64,000 bases of DNA from Acidobacteriota bacterium (GCA_963664705.1 OY761556.1:4384001-4448000), one strand, 5' to 3'; positions 19,774 through 30,442 are shown, numbered from the stretch's first letter. Notes: generated by a model not told the origin, from the letters alone. Numbers and translations are program-made.

Positions 19774-21375
19774 TTAACCTCCCGCCACCTGACCGAGCAG
19801 AGCTTTGACGGACAAATCGATGATGTGATTCAAAAACCCGAAGTTAATTCCCGTGAGAACAACCAGCGCCGTCATGACGACGATAACCGCAGTCATGGCA
19901 AACGGGATGCGGCGCGGCGCGGCATCGGCTACCGGGAGCGAAGCTCCATCCACGGCCCTTGCTCCGACAGAAGCTCCGGCAAGTGCCAGCGCAGGCTGTA
20001 CCGCCGCTTCATGGTCATGCGCATGAGCGCCATGATCTTTTTGCATGAACACCATGGCACCGGCACGGATCAATACCGCCAGCGTCAGCAGGCTGGTAAA
20101 CAGAGCAATGCCCAATGGCCACCATAGATGAGCCTGGCCTGCTGCCATGTACAAGGCAAATTTGCTCCAGAAACCGTTCAGCGGCGGCATGCCGCCGATC
20201 CCAAGCGCGCCGATAAAAAAGCAGACCGTCATCAATCGGCTGTGCTTCCGTGTACCCAGTTCCTTCATGTCCGTTGTGCCAAAAGAATATGTCAGCGCAC
20301 CGCACAGGAAGAACAGCATGGCTTTATTGATCCCATGATTGAGCAGATGATAAATCGCGCCATAAAACCCGAGGTAGGATCCGATTCCAAAACCGAAAAT
20401 GATGTACCCGATCTGGCTGACGCTGCTGTAGGCCAGCATGCGTTTCAGATCGGTTTGCTGATAGGCAACAATAATTCCAACCAGCATTGAGATCGCACCC
20501 AGAATGACACCGAACAGTCCCAGGGCACTGTGACCCGGATAGAAAATGGTGACAATTCGGGCAACGGCGTAAATCGCGACCTTGCTGGCAACGCCCGAGA
20601 GAAGCGCCGTAACCGGGATTGGAGATTGTGAGTAGGTATCCGGCAGCCATGCATGAAATGGAACCAGTCCGGCCTTGGAGCCGAATCCGATGATGATCAG
20701 AACGCCGCCGATCAAAACCGCTGTCGTCGGAAGCTGCGTGGCAACCTTGGCGATCTCGGAGATCAACATGGCGTTATGCCCGCCCACAAGCGGAACGGCC
20801 GCTGCGTAAATAACGACGCAGCCCAACAGTCCGATCGTGATGCCGACAGAACAGAGCAGCAGATACTTGTACCCGGCTTCCAGGGATTCCGGTTTCCAGT
20901 AGTAGCTCACCAGTACTGCGGAAGCCAGCGTCGTCGCTTCCACGAGCACATACATCAGAATGAGGTTGTTGTTGACGGTAGCGGCGGTCATGGTACTGAC
21001 AAACACCATACTCCAGGCGAAGTATACCGGCAGCCGCTCAATGGCAATCTTGCCTTCCTTGACCTGGTAGCGCAGGTAGGGGTAGGCGAATATGGTTGTC
21101 ACCCATCCCACGAAAGAGATGATCAACGCCACGAAACCGGCCAGCGGGTCAGCAAGCAGCTGATGACCCAGTGCATTCAACCGGGCTCCATAGTAGAGCT
21201 TGAATACCATCTCTACGGCAATGCCAAAGGTCACGGTCGATCCAACCAGTGCCACTCTTCCGGCCGACGCGGGGAACTTCTTTCCGAGCGCATATTCAGC
21301 CAGCGCTGCAACCGCCGGAACAACGAATAACCAGACTAAAAGCGTCGATTCTATCAACTGGACGTCCCCTTTCAT
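19774..21375 (-). CDS. hyfF: Antiporter-like membrane subunit (HyfF/NuoM-MrpD family)
   Basis: VEATTLAS, EAGYKY, KAGLVPFHAWLPD and DLKRMLAYSS motifs. ATGA overlap with the hyfE stop; an alternative TTG start lies at 21357. Confidence 0.82.
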   Translation of the reverse strand: MKGDVQLIESTLLVWLFVVPAVAALAEYALGKKFPASAGRVALVGSTVTFGIAVEMVFKLYYGARLNALGHQLLADPLAGFVALIISFVGWVTTIFAYPYLRYQVKEGKIAIERLPVYFAWSMVFVSTMTAATVNNNLILMYVLVEATTLASAVLVSYYWKPESLEAGYKYLLLCSVGITIGLLGCVVIYAAAVPLVGGHNAMLISEIAKVATQLPTTAVLIGGVLIIIGFGSKAGLVPFHAWLPDTYSQSPIPVTALLSGVASKVAIYAVARIVTIFYPGHSALGLFGVILGAISMLVGIIVAYQQTDLKRMLAYSSVSQIGYIIFGFGIGSYLGFYGAIYHLLNHGINKAMLFFLCGALTYSFGTTDMKELGTRKHSRLMTVCFFIGALGIGGMPPLNGFWSKFALYMAAGQAHLWWPLGIALFTSLLTLAVLIRAGAMVFMQKDHGAHAHDHEAAVQPALALAGASVGARAVDGASLPVADAAPRRIPFAMTAVIVVMTALVVLTGINFGFLNHIIDLSVKALLGQVAGG

Positions 21376-22046
21376 CCGCGAAGACGCGCAATATTCGATG
21401 TGTCGAGGGAACCGGCCGACCGATAAACCCCGTTGACGATATAAAGAAGCATCAGGACGGAAACCACGACGTCCGTGACTACGCCAATCAAAGCCGTTTC
21501 CGGAATTGAAGGTGCCAGGCTGATCAGCCCCATGTGTACGCCGTTTTCCAACAGGCAAAGGCCGATCACGATCTTAAAGGCATCTCGCCTGGTCAGCAGC
21601 GAGTAGAAACCGATCATCAATACAGCCGCGGCAACGGCGGAATTCATTCGGAAAGGCTCTCCCGCCAGCTCCTTGACAATGATCAGATCCGCATGGTGAT
21701 TGAATGCCCAGGTGAAGGCGAGCAACGCCGCAAGAATTCCGAGAACCTGCGAAGGCAGGATATTCAGCAGCGGCGGAGTTTCCTTGGAATGCACTCGAAT
21801 CACATACCGGCGCAGCAGCCACGGAACAATGATTCCCTTGCTGACAAGCGCCGTGCCGCTCCAGTAGTACAGTGCCGGGTTGTTCAGCGAAAAGGCATAC
21901 AAGGCAAAAATCAACGCAATCAGCACCGACTGGACCTGATAGGTGTGGATGGCTTCCGGCAACATACGCCATTCCACCGCAAGCAGCGAGGTCACAATCA
22001 TAAGCAGGCTGATGTACATGATCGCATAGCTAATCATGTTTGACAC
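21372..22046 (-). CDS. hyfE: Hydrogenase-4 membrane subunit E (NuoK-like)
   Basis: YQVQS, KGIIVP, IGLCLLENG and C-terminal LRG motifs. Confidence 0.85.
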   Translation of the reverse strand: MSNMISYAIMYISLLMIVTSLLAVEWRMLPEAIHTYQVQSVLIALIFALYAFSLNNPALYYWSGTALVSKGIIVPWLLRRYVIRVHSKETPPLLNILPSQVLGILAALLAFTWAFNHHADLIIVKELAGEPFRMNSAVAAAVLMIGFYSLLTRRDAFKIVIGLCLLENGVHMGLISLAPSIPETALIGVVTDVVVSVLMLLYIVNGVYRSAGSLDTSNIARLRG

Positions 22047-22557
22047 TCCTGTCGAGAGCTACTCCGGTCTTCTCCAGCCGGCAGTCCGGGCATAGTTGGA
22101 ACCAATCCGGAATGTTCATCTTTTCCTGCACCCAGGGTGGCGAAAACTCATCGGCCATCTTGGCCAACATACGTTTGGTGATAAACGGATTACCGCATGT
22201 GCTGCAGGGCACCAGTTCCAGGTCCACGGAAACCGTCAGATCCGCGCGGTTGGCGGTGGCATCTTCGAAATCATCGGTGCACTTCGCAGCCTCGACCGGG
22301 CAGATCTCCTGGCAGCGCGCACAATATGTACAACGCGAATAATCCATCGAAACGCACCGCGTCGTTCCCTGGTCCGTGACCTTGATCAGTCGCGGCGGAC
22401 AAACTTCAGCGCACGCACCGCATCCGATGCATTTGGTGCCATCGATATTCGGACGCCCGCGAAAACGCTGCGGTGCCTTCATCGGCTTCAACGGGTAGGG
22501 CAGCGTCACTTTGCCGGCCCGCAGGCAAATCATTACTTCTTTCAGAAGAGGTATCAT
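22030..22557 (-). CDS. hyfH: 2x[4Fe-4S] subunit (HyfH/HycF, NuoI-like)
   Basis: TLPYP...FRGRP, CIGCGACAEVCP, CTYCARCQEICP, then C-terminal CxxC...CPDC. Confidence 0.85.
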   Translation of the reverse strand: MIPLLKEVMICLRAGKVTLPYPLKPMKAPQRFRGRPNIDGTKCIGCGACAEVCPPRLIKVTDQGTTRCVSMDYSRCTYCARCQEICPVEAAKCTDDFEDATANRADLTVSVDLELVPCSTCGNPFITKRMLAKMADEFSPPWVQEKMNIPDWFQLCPDCRLEKTGVALDRSVKHD

Positions 22558-22572
22558 CGGTGTTCCTGAGTT

Positions 22573-23475
22573 CTATAGCCCCATCACGGCCAGGACCAGT
22601 CCTGTCACCGCAACGGCAATCACAATGCCAAAATAACGGATCGCCTGGTTGATCTTGAGGCGCGCGAAAACCTGCGCTACGACTTCAACCAGAATAGCCA
22701 TGATGAGAATTTTCACCAGCGTGATGACGACATCCAAAACCAAGGAGCCCGTCTTGGGCCAGGGGAAGTACATCCCTACCATCAGCGCCATCAGCACGAT
22801 TTGCTTGGAATACATCGACCACTTGAACAGTGCCAGCTTCCGTCCGGAATATTCAATCAGCGGCCCTTCCATGAGTTCCTGTTCGGCTTCCGCCAGGTCA
22901 AACGGCACTTTACCGACCTCAGGCTGAAGAATCAGGAAAAAGGCGATCGCCCCGATAATCAGCGAAATGTCCGGCGGACTCATCACATACCGGTCAATGC
23001 AGTTTGACAGCATGAGCGACTGAGCCTTAATGGACATCGAGATCATCGTTACCGCGAGAACCGGCTCAACCACCATCAGCAGCATTATTTCGCGGTTTGC
23101 GCCGACATAGGCATACGGGCTGCCCGACGCCATGCCCCCAAGGCACAAGGCAATGGGAGCAATGGCCAGGATATATATCAGCACAAGCATGTCGCCCGCA
23201 AAACCCAGCGGAATGATGCCGCCCATCGGCATGAACAACGCCGCCATCAGAGTGGAAGCAAGACAAACGAAAGGCGCGGCATTGAAGATAAAACCATTCA
23301 CACCCTGCTGGTCTTCCTTCACCATGAGCTTGGCAAGGTCGTAATAGGGCTGCATCAGCGGCGGACCTTGCCGCGAGTGAATGCGAGCCCTGACCTTTCG
23401 CAAAATACCGTCCACAAACGGAGCGGCAACCAGAACTATCAAGATATTGAACACGCCGATAGCAACGTGGGTCAC
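22573..23475 (-). CDS. hyfC: Membrane subunit HyfC/HycD (NuoH-like)
   Basis: RARIHSRQGPP..QPYYDLAKL and PFDLAEAEQELMEGPLIEYSG motifs; GTGA overlap with hyfG. Confidence 0.88.
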   Translation of the reverse strand: MTHVAIGVFNILIVLVAAPFVDGILRKVRARIHSRQGPPLMQPYYDLAKLMVKEDQQGVNGFIFNAAPFVCLASTLMAALFMPMGGIIPLGFAGDMLVLIYILAIAPIALCLGGMASGSPYAYVGANREIMLLMVVEPVLAVTMISMSIKAQSLMLSNCIDRYVMSPPDISLIIGAIAFFLILQPEVGKVPFDLAEAEQELMEGPLIEYSGRKLALFKWSMYSKQIVLMALMVGMYFPWPKTGSLVLDVVITLVKILIMAILVEVVAQVFARLKINQAIRYFGIVIAVAVTGLVLAVMGL

Positions 23476-25166
23476 GAGCGTCTCCCTTGCCCGGAATTCC
23501 GTTGACTCATCGCCAACAACTCCTGTTTCGAATAAACCCGGACTTTTTTGGTTCGGGTATCCACGGTAACTACACGCTCCGTACACGAGAAGCACGGATC
23601 AATGCTCCCGACAATAATCGGGAAATCCGCCACTGTCATTTTATCCAGCATATTTGGAATCGATTGGAGCTGTGGATACGTCGACGCCCGAACGCGCCAG
23701 CGATACGGCCGGTTGTCCGGGCCGGTAATGACATAGTGACAGCATTCCCCTCGGGGCGCCTCACATGCCGCAATCCCTTCCTTCCAGGGTGGAATAGGAC
23801 CGACTTCCGCCATCAGGTCGCCCGGAGGCATTTTGTTAATCATCTGCTTGATGAGATCGATGGCAGTAAAGGTCTCTTCTGCACGAACCAGCGTTCGCGC
23901 CCAGATGTCGCATCCTTCATAAACGGCAGGCTTGAAATTCAACTCAGGATACGCAAGATACGGACGGTCTTTCCTGGCATCGATGGCCACACCCGAGGCG
24001 CGGGCCACGGGACCAACCACGCATATCCTTCGTGCATCCTCTTTGCTCAGAGTGCCGACCTTTTCCAGGCGCATCTTCAAGGAATTGTCTTCGACTGCGG
24101 CGGCGACAAGTTCCTTGGTTTCCTTTTCGATCTGCTCGAGAGTCTTGAGTATCTTGTCGCCGGTCTCGCGGTCGATATCGCGCCGCACACCGCCGACCAG
24201 GTTCATTCCATAGGTCTTCCGATTACCCGTAATCTGCTCGGTAAGCCACATTACAGGTTCACGGATGCGCCACGCCTGCATCAATACGGTCTCAAAACCA
24301 AGATAATGAGCAGCCAGCCCCAGCCAAAGCAGATGGCTATGAACGCGCTCCAGTTCCAGCATGATCGCCCGTATATATTTGGCTCGTGGCGGGATCTCGA
24401 TTCCCGCCGCTGATTCCACAGCCATACAGTACGTGGCACTATGCACGAATCCGCAAATGCCGCAAATCCGCTCGGCAATAAATGGAACCTGGTTGTATTC
24501 CATTACGGTCTCGGTCAGCTTCTCGATTCCGCGATGGGCAAAGAATCCCCGATAATCGGAACCGACGATCTGCTCCCCTTCAACATACAGGCGGAAATAC
24601 GCCGGTTCTTCCAGTGTCGGGAAAAACGGGCCTATGCTCAGAATGGTTGCGTTCTTTTCATGCTCTTTGGGCTCGCGCATCGGAGGCTTGATTTCGGTGA
24701 CGCGCGGCGGCCTGAAGTTGTAAGGAACATCTTTGCGCAGCGGGAACACATCTTCCGGCCAGTCATCCGAAACGATCAGACGGCGCGGGTCCGGGTGTCC
24801 ATCCGGCACGATACCCATCATGTCACGCATTTCCCTCTCATGCCAATCGGCACCGGGAATGATATTCGTCAAGGATGGGATGTGCGGATCACCAGGATCC
24901 ACGATTTCCTTCACAGCCAGAAGGACATTGTCCTGATCCAGCGAAAAGATGTACGTAACTTCATAGGTGCCGTTGATTGGACTCTTGTCGGTCCCGGAAG
25001 CCAATACAAGACGGGCCTTTTCCGCATTGAAGAGATAGTCGGCGACCTCCGGCATCTTTTCACGTTTGACAGTCAGGAACAGTCGCGTAGGATCAGGCTG
25101 AGAACTGGAAACCAGCGCACCAGGGCATTTCTCATTAATTGCTGCAGTCAAATCTTGGGAATTCAT
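23472..25166 (-). CDS. hyfG: Group 4 [NiFe]-hydrogenase large subunit (HyfG/HycE; NuoC-NuoD-like fusion)
   Basis: L1 ERICGICGFVH and L2 DPCFSCTER motifs, with a cleavable C-terminal extension. Confidence 0.93.
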   Translation of the reverse strand: MNSQDLTAAINEKCPGALVSSSQPDPTRLFLTVKREKMPEVADYLFNAEKARLVLASGTDKSPINGTYEVTYIFSLDQDNVLLAVKEIVDPGDPHIPSLTNIIPGADWHEREMRDMMGIVPDGHPDPRRLIVSDDWPEDVFPLRKDVPYNFRPPRVTEIKPPMREPKEHEKNATILSIGPFFPTLEEPAYFRLYVEGEQIVGSDYRGFFAHRGIEKLTETVMEYNQVPFIAERICGICGFVHSATYCMAVESAAGIEIPPRAKYIRAIMLELERVHSHLLWLGLAAHYLGFETVLMQAWRIREPVMWLTEQITGNRKTYGMNLVGGVRRDIDRETGDKILKTLEQIEKETKELVAAAVEDNSLKMRLEKVGTLSKEDARRICVVGPVARASGVAIDARKDRPYLAYPELNFKPAVYEGCDIWARTLVRAEETFTAIDLIKQMINKMPPGDLMAEVGPIPPWKEGIAACEAPRGECCHYVITGPDNRPYRWRVRASTYPQLQSIPNMLDKMTVADFPIIVGSIDPCFSCTERVVTVDTRTKKVRVYSKQELLAMSQRNSGQGRRS

Positions 25167-27194
25167 CTATTTCCCTCCCACCCACCAGAAAACGAAGACG
25201 ATCGAAAGGACGAGCCCGATTACCTGCCAAAGCAGATAGAGCTGTGGCACGCCATTGTGAATCCTGCTAAAGGTCCTGCCAATGCGAACAAAGGCTGAAC
25301 CTATTGGGAAGTAAAGCCAGCGATCGAAGTCCAGACTGCGAGCCAATGGCTGTGGGGGGGAAATCTTGGGCCATTTTGGCTTCCAATAAACCGGGTGAAT
25401 CAGATTGCGGAACGGTTTGTAAAAACTGCTCGCGCGATATCTCACCGCTTCATCGGTAACCACCTCGCCGCAATTCCAGATTGAAGCCGGCCGGCTTTCG
25501 ACTTGGACACTCCGATAAATGGCATATGTCACGGCAGCGCACAACAGGAGAGCCAGGAAGATGACTACCGGGCTGACCGCCGTTGTCGTCACACCGCCAA
25601 GACCAAGGGTAATGCCTTTCCAGGGCAAAGCACCGAGAGATCCCTGGACCAGTGATGCATTGGCCATTCCCATCGCGGGCTGCAGCACTCCTATCAGGAG
25701 CGAAACGATAGCGGCGGGAAAGATCCCCAGCAGGAGGCACGCGGCGGCCAGAAGGAACTGCACGATCTCCATCGATTTCGGAGAACCCACAGGGCTGGTT
25801 TTGAACCGCTCAGGCAACGTGCCGAGATAGGCCGTACCCAGGTACTTGATGAAATACGCCAGAGTGACCGTACTCATAAAGATTGCAATGACAGCGTACA
25901 GCGTGTAGACAGAAGCCGGTTTCCCAAGAATGGCGCTCTGATAAATAAGCCATTTGCTGACGAATCCGTTGAGCGGCGGGATCCCTGCAATCGACAGGGC
26001 TCCAATGACAGCACATCCTGCCGTCAGCGGCATCAGTTTTGTCAATCCACCCATTCGATCCAGGTTCCGGGTTCCAGTTTTGAAAATAAGAGAACCGGAA
26101 TTAAAGAAGAGCAGTGATTTGAAACAGGCATGATTCACGATGTGATAGAGGCAGCCTACCAGGGCAATCACTCCAAAGATCGGATGATCCTTCATGAACA
26201 CAAGCCCGAGGCCCAGTCCGAGCAGAATGTATCCGATCTGCCCGATACTGCTTTGTGCAAGCAACCGCTTGCAATCATGCTCGCCCAGCGCACGCAAAGT
26301 GCCGACGGCCATCGACAGAACGCCGAATCCTGCAATGACACTGCCCCATATCATGGAGGCCGATGAAATCGGCAGCATCCACAGGAAAATGCGGAGCAGT
26401 CCATATACGCCCAGCTTGATCATGATGCCGGACAGGAGGGCGCTGACACTTGCCGGAGCCGCCGGGTGCGCGGCCGGCAGCCAGATTCCAAGCGGATACA
26501 TCCCGGCCTTGGTTGAGAATGCAATAAAGAACAGGAACAACAGCATGTGGAGCCCAAATGGACTCGATTGAGCCAGCGATTGAAAGAGCTGCGGCAACTC
26601 GGCAAATCCAAAAGAACCCGCCCGCTGCGACAGAAACATCACGGCGATCATCAGTCCGGCCGATGTCAGGTGCGTCATGAAAAAGTAAATGAAGCCGGCC
26701 GAAAGATTTTCTTTGTTGTCGTTCTCGAAAATAACCAGGAAATAGGACGCAAGCGTCATGACTTCCCAGAAAACCAGGAACCAGAACCAGTCCGACACCG
26801 ATACAACCGCCAACATGCCGGCCATAAATATCGGAAAGGGAAAGTAATACCGGCGCAGCCCTTCATGACGATAGTGGTCCAGGTATCCGATGCCGTAGAG
26901 AGCGGACCCGGTGACCAATATGGAAATCATGGCCAGAAAGATGGCGCTCAATCCGTCAATTTGAAAATTCAGCTGCGCCGTCAGGCCGAGGACCCTCACG
27001 CTCCCGAATCCGAACGCAATTGGTCCGGCAATCAGCGCCTTTGCGGAGATCCATAACATCGCCGCACCCGCGAGAGCGACTCCCGCAAAATTGATACCGC
27101 CGGCCAGATTCCTTCTGTCCGCGGTCAGCAGCGTGAATATGGACGTGGCAACCAGTACAACCATTGCACCGGCAAATAATTCCATTGCAGTCAT
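25167..27194 (-). CDS. hyfB: Antiporter-like subunit HyfB/HycC
   Basis: WEVMTLASY, KAG..P...WLPAAHPAAP, NHACFKSLLF and PPLNGFVSKW motifs. Confidence 0.88.
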   Translation of the reverse strand: MTAMELFAGAMVVLVATSIFTLLTADRRNLAGGINFAGVALAGAAMLWISAKALIAGPIAFGFGSVRVLGLTAQLNFQIDGLSAIFLAMISILVTGSALYGIGYLDHYRHEGLRRYYFPFPIFMAGMLAVVSVSDWFWFLVFWEVMTLASYFLVIFENDNKENLSAGFIYFFMTHLTSAGLMIAVMFLSQRAGSFGFAELPQLFQSLAQSSPFGLHMLLFLFFIAFSTKAGMYPLGIWLPAAHPAAPASVSALLSGIMIKLGVYGLLRIFLWMLPISSASMIWGSVIAGFGVLSMAVGTLRALGEHDCKRLLAQSSIGQIGYILLGLGLGLVFMKDHPIFGVIALVGCLYHIVNHACFKSLLFFNSGSLIFKTGTRNLDRMGGLTKLMPLTAGCAVIGALSIAGIPPLNGFVSKWLIYQSAILGKPASVYTLYAVIAIFMSTVTLAYFIKYLGTAYLGTLPERFKTSPVGSPKSMEIVQFLLAAACLLLGIFPAAIVSLLIGVLQPAMGMANASLVQGSLGALPWKGITLGLGGVTTTAVSPVVIFLALLLCAAVTYAIYRSVQVESRPASIWNCGEVVTDEAVRYRASSFYKPFRNLIHPVYWKPKWPKISPPQPLARSLDFDRWLYFPIGSAFVRIGRTFSRIHNGVPQLYLLWQVIGLVLSIVFVFWWVGGK

Positions 27195-28576
27195 CGTCCC
27201 AACCCCCCGGCCAGCCGATCAATGATTGGCAAGGCAAACACGGTCGAAACCAGGATCAAGCCCATAAGTAGCAACAGGGGTATCGCCATGGTAGCCGGCG
27301 GATCCTGTGCCGCTTCTGCCGCCGGAGTGACGGCGCCAAAGACAATCTTATGCACCACGTGAATAAACCACGCAAACCCGGCCACACTCTCCGCCAACGC
27401 GAGCAACCCGAGCGTCCACCCCCAACTGGAGTGAAGCTGGAATGCTCCTGAAACGATAAAGAACTTACTCCAAAACATGTTGAAAGGAGGGACTCCGCTG
27501 ATTGCAAGCGCGCCGAGCACAAAAGCCAGCGAGGTCAACGGCATCTTCTTTCCCAAACCACTCAACGAGGAAATCTTGCGCGTGCCGGTCGTGAACGAAA
27601 TCGCGCCGACAGCCAGGAACAACAAACTCTTGGTAAAAGAATGACCGACCAGGTGAAGCAATCCGCCGCGCAGGCCGAGATTGGATCCTAGCGCACCAAT
27701 GGACAGCCCGAGAAACATATATCCAAGGTTGGCGATGGTCGAATAGGCAAGCAGCCGTTTCAGGTCATCCTGGAAGAAATAGAGGAAGACGCTAGTCAAC
27801 ATGGTCACGATAGCGATACATCCGAGCAGCAGCGCCACTTTAGGAGGAAAGACCGCCACGCTGACAAGGATTCTGGAAACCAGGTAGACTCCCGCTTTCA
27901 CCATAGCGGCGGCGTGCAGGTATGCGCTCGCCGGAGTCGGCGCGGCCATCGCGGTGGGAAGCCACGTGAAGAATGGGAACTGTGCGGCCTTGGCCATCCC
28001 GGCGATAACCAGGAAGACAATAGCGGTCGTCTTCAATGCCGGCGAAAGCTCATTGATCGCGGAAAAGGCAAAAGACCCGGTATTGATATGGATTAAGATG
28101 ATGGCCGCTTCCAGGAACAATCCCATCGCATGAGTGATCAGCAACGCCTTGTAAGCGGACCGCAGCGCATCCCCATCGCGGTAGAACGCAATCAATCCCC
28201 AGGAACACAATGTCGTCAATTCCCAGAAAATGAAAAGCTGGAAGAAATTGGGCGAAATGACTACGCCGATCATGGCCGCAATGAAAAGCAGCATAAAGAA
28301 GTAATATCGGCCCCGCCCCTGGTCAGACGGATGTTCCCGGTTCCGGGAGCTGATGTAACGCCCGGAATAGAGGACGATTAGAAATCCGCCGATCGTGATC
28401 ACCAGCAGCATCAGGGAAGTCAGCCCGTCAATTCGGACTCCAAACAAAGCTTCCTTGCTTGCCAGCCATGGCAGCGTCCCAAAGTCGCGCGTCCACACGC
28501 CGCCATAGTTTCGTATCACGATGGCGAGCGATCCGATCATTGCTGCCGCAGTCAATAATAAGGGCAACAAAAACAA
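27191..28576 (-). CDS. hyfD: Antiporter-like subunit HyfD (NuoL N-half-like)
   Basis: KAAQFPFFTWLPTAMAAPTPASAYLHAAAMVKAG and DDLKRLLAYST motifs. Confidence 0.87.
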   Translation of the reverse strand: MFLLPLLLTAAAMIGSLAIVIRNYGGVWTRDFGTLPWLASKEALFGVRIDGLTSLMLLVITIGGFLIVLYSGRYISSRNREHPSDQGRGRYYFFMLLFIAAMIGVVISPNFFQLFIFWELTTLCSWGLIAFYRDGDALRSAYKALLITHAMGLFLEAAIILIHINTGSFAFSAINELSPALKTTAIVFLVIAGMAKAAQFPFFTWLPTAMAAPTPASAYLHAAAMVKAGVYLVSRILVSVAVFPPKVALLLGCIAIVTMLTSVFLYFFQDDLKRLLAYSTIANLGYMFLGLSIGALGSNLGLRGGLLHLVGHSFTKSLLFLAVGAISFTTGTRKISSLSGLGKKMPLTSLAFVLGALAISGVPPFNMFWSKFFIVSGAFQLHSSWGWTLGLLALAESVAGFAWFIHVVHKIVFGAVTPAAEAAQDPPATMAIPLLLLMGLILVSTVFALPIIDRLAGGLGR

Positions 28577-28617
28577 TTCTTCACCCCCTGTGAAATCCTA
28601 AAGCAGAATTTCAGGCA

Positions 28618-29916
28618 CTACCGTCCAAGCGGACGGATTCGTTGTGCTACCTGCAGAACATCCTGCTGGGAGAACTCAATTCCCGTAGCCGAGGTCAAAA
28701 GCTCGGCAATAACATCGAACTCAATACCGGCGCCGAGGAATGGACATAAACCTGCCGAATCCAGAATACTCAGCAAATCGCTGCAATTTTCGTCCTGACC
28801 ATCCGCACCGGGAATCCTCGGATAAATCGCAAAGCCTGCCGCCATGCAGGGGCCACGTTCAATGAGTGACGTCCCGTTTCCATTCGGCGTCAGAACCGAT
28901 CCTTCACCGGAAGCCAGCTTGCGCGCTGACTCCAGCGCGTTTCCGTTGGCTCCGATCAATGCCGATTTCGCGGCCGCATAGTCCAATCCCAGATCCACAA
29001 AAGATCTGTATTCCTTCAAGCTTTCGCCGAGTTCTCCCGGTGTACTTCCGGCAAGAAGCGGCAGCAACCCCGTTCCATCGTTCAAAACAAAGGACGAGAA
29101 TGAGGTAGCGCAACCAAAACAGCCACGGGTTCTCGCAGGCTTGAGATCAACATTGGTTGAATCCCATGCAATGCTGTCCGCCATTAAAACCGAATCATGT
29201 TCTCGCGTCCCCTTGACCGCAATCGCCCTGGTTTTCATAAAGGAACGCAATTCATTCGCGGCTTTCAGGAAGCGCTGATAATCCGCAAGCCGGAATCCTT
29301 CCGTTCCGCTCACCACAACGGCCTTAAGGTTCTTGGAACCCATGACTGCGGCCACGCCATTCTTCCCGGCGGCGGAAAAGCTGTCGCCCACAATCACGGA
29401 ACCCCCGACCCCTTTTTCGCCGGCAGGGCCAAGGCACGAAACGACAGCGCCGTTGCGGGTCTCTTTGAGCAGGCATTCGGTGGTTTCGGAAACCGTTTTT
29501 CCGGTCAGATGTGCCGCGGAGCGCAGTTCGCCTTTGCCATTATCGATCCAGAGATAAACAGGCGCATTCGAACGCCCTTCGACAATGAGGCCGTCGAAAC
29601 CGGAGAATTTGAGTTCGGAGCCCCACTTGCCGCTGATGCTCACGGCACCCAAGGCTTCGGCTGTGGGTATTCGCGTGACCACGGTATAGCGGCCGCCGTT
29701 GGGCGCCAATGTGCCGGTCAGAGGGCCGGTAGTAAAGACCAGGTGGTTTCCCGCATCCAGCGGCTCAATGGAAGCCGGTACTTCTTTCTCGTGCAGGTAG
29801 AAACCAAGGCCTCGGCCGCCCAGGTAATCCTTGGCGGTCTCCGGAGCCAGAAGCTCCTTTGTAATGGAACCGTTGCTTAAATTTACGCGCAATAATCGTC
29901 CACGCCAGCCGAACAT
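28618..29916 (-). CDS. Aldehyde:ferredoxin oxidoreductase-like protein, shortened (432 aa) and degenerate
   Basis: MFGWRGRLLRVNLS, YLGGRGL, GPLTGT, GPAGE, VMGSKNLKA, LGLD and DSAGLC motifs; TGATG overlap with the upstream gene. Confidence 0.82.
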   Translation of the reverse strand: MFGWRGRLLRVNLSNGSITKELLAPETAKDYLGGRGLGFYLHEKEVPASIEPLDAGNHLVFTTGPLTGTLAPNGGRYTVVTRIPTAEALGAVSISGKWGSELKFSGFDGLIVEGRSNAPVYLWIDNGKGELRSAAHLTGKTVSETTECLLKETRNGAVVSCLGPAGEKGVGGSVIVGDSFSAAGKNGVAAVMGSKNLKAVVVSGTEGFRLADYQRFLKAANELRSFMKTRAIAVKGTREHDSVLMADSIAWDSTNVDLKPARTRGCFGCATSFSSFVLNDGTGLLPLLAGSTPGELGESLKEYRSFVDLGLDYAAAKSALIGANGNALESARKLASGEGSVLTPNGNGTSLIERGPCMAAGFAIYPRIPGADGQDENCSDLLSILDSAGLCPFLGAGIEFDVIAELLTSATGIEFSQQDVLQVAQRIRPLGR

Positions 29917-30395
29917 CAGCGTCTCGCTCCCGGGGCAATTGCTTTCAGTTTTATGGCGGACAACCGCCGCTTCGTCACATTCACAGTACTCCGCTCGCCA
30001 TACGTTATGGCGCCGGAAGGACAAACAGTGGCACACTGGGGATCCCCGTTGCAGAGGTCGCATTTGAGGATCTTGTTACCGCATGAATCAAAGAAATTGC
30101 CGCCAAACGGGCAAATCTGAATGCACATTCTGCATTTGATGCACTTGGATTGATTGACCAGCCGCGCGCCCGTCTTTTTGTCTTCGGTAATGGCTTTTGC
30201 AGGGCAAATAGCCATACATCCGGCTTCCTCGCACTGCATGCACATGATTGCCGCAGAATGGGTATTTTCATCCCAGGTCTTTACTTCCAGCCTGGCCCTC
30301 GCGGGGTTGAATTCCTCTTCATGGAACAGGGAGCAGGCCAACTCGCAAGAATGGCAGTTGGTGCAGTGTTCCGGAGCTATCATTATTACGCCCAT
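29916..30395 (-). CDS. 4x[4Fe-4S] ferredoxin subunit (AOR-associated type)
   Basis: CTNCHSCELAC, CMQCEEAGCMAICP, CIKCRMCIQICP and KCDLC..DPQCATVCP motifs. Confidence 0.88.
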   Translation of the reverse strand: MGVIMIAPEHCTNCHSCELACSLFHEEEFNPARARLEVKTWDENTHSAAIMCMQCEEAGCMAICPAKAITEDKKTGARLVNQSKCIKCRMCIQICPFGGNFFDSCGNKILKCDLCNGDPQCATVCPSGAITYGERSTVNVTKRRLSAIKLKAIAPGARR

Positions 30396-30442
30396 CTCGT
30401 ATGCCCCACAGCGGCGCTTGGATTCTGCCACGCCGCGATCCC

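Noticed and set aside
23472-25166. Possible [NiFeSe] hydrogenase, given the Sec usage nearby
   Set aside because: The L2 motif is DPCFSC with ordinary Cys codons and no in-frame TGA.
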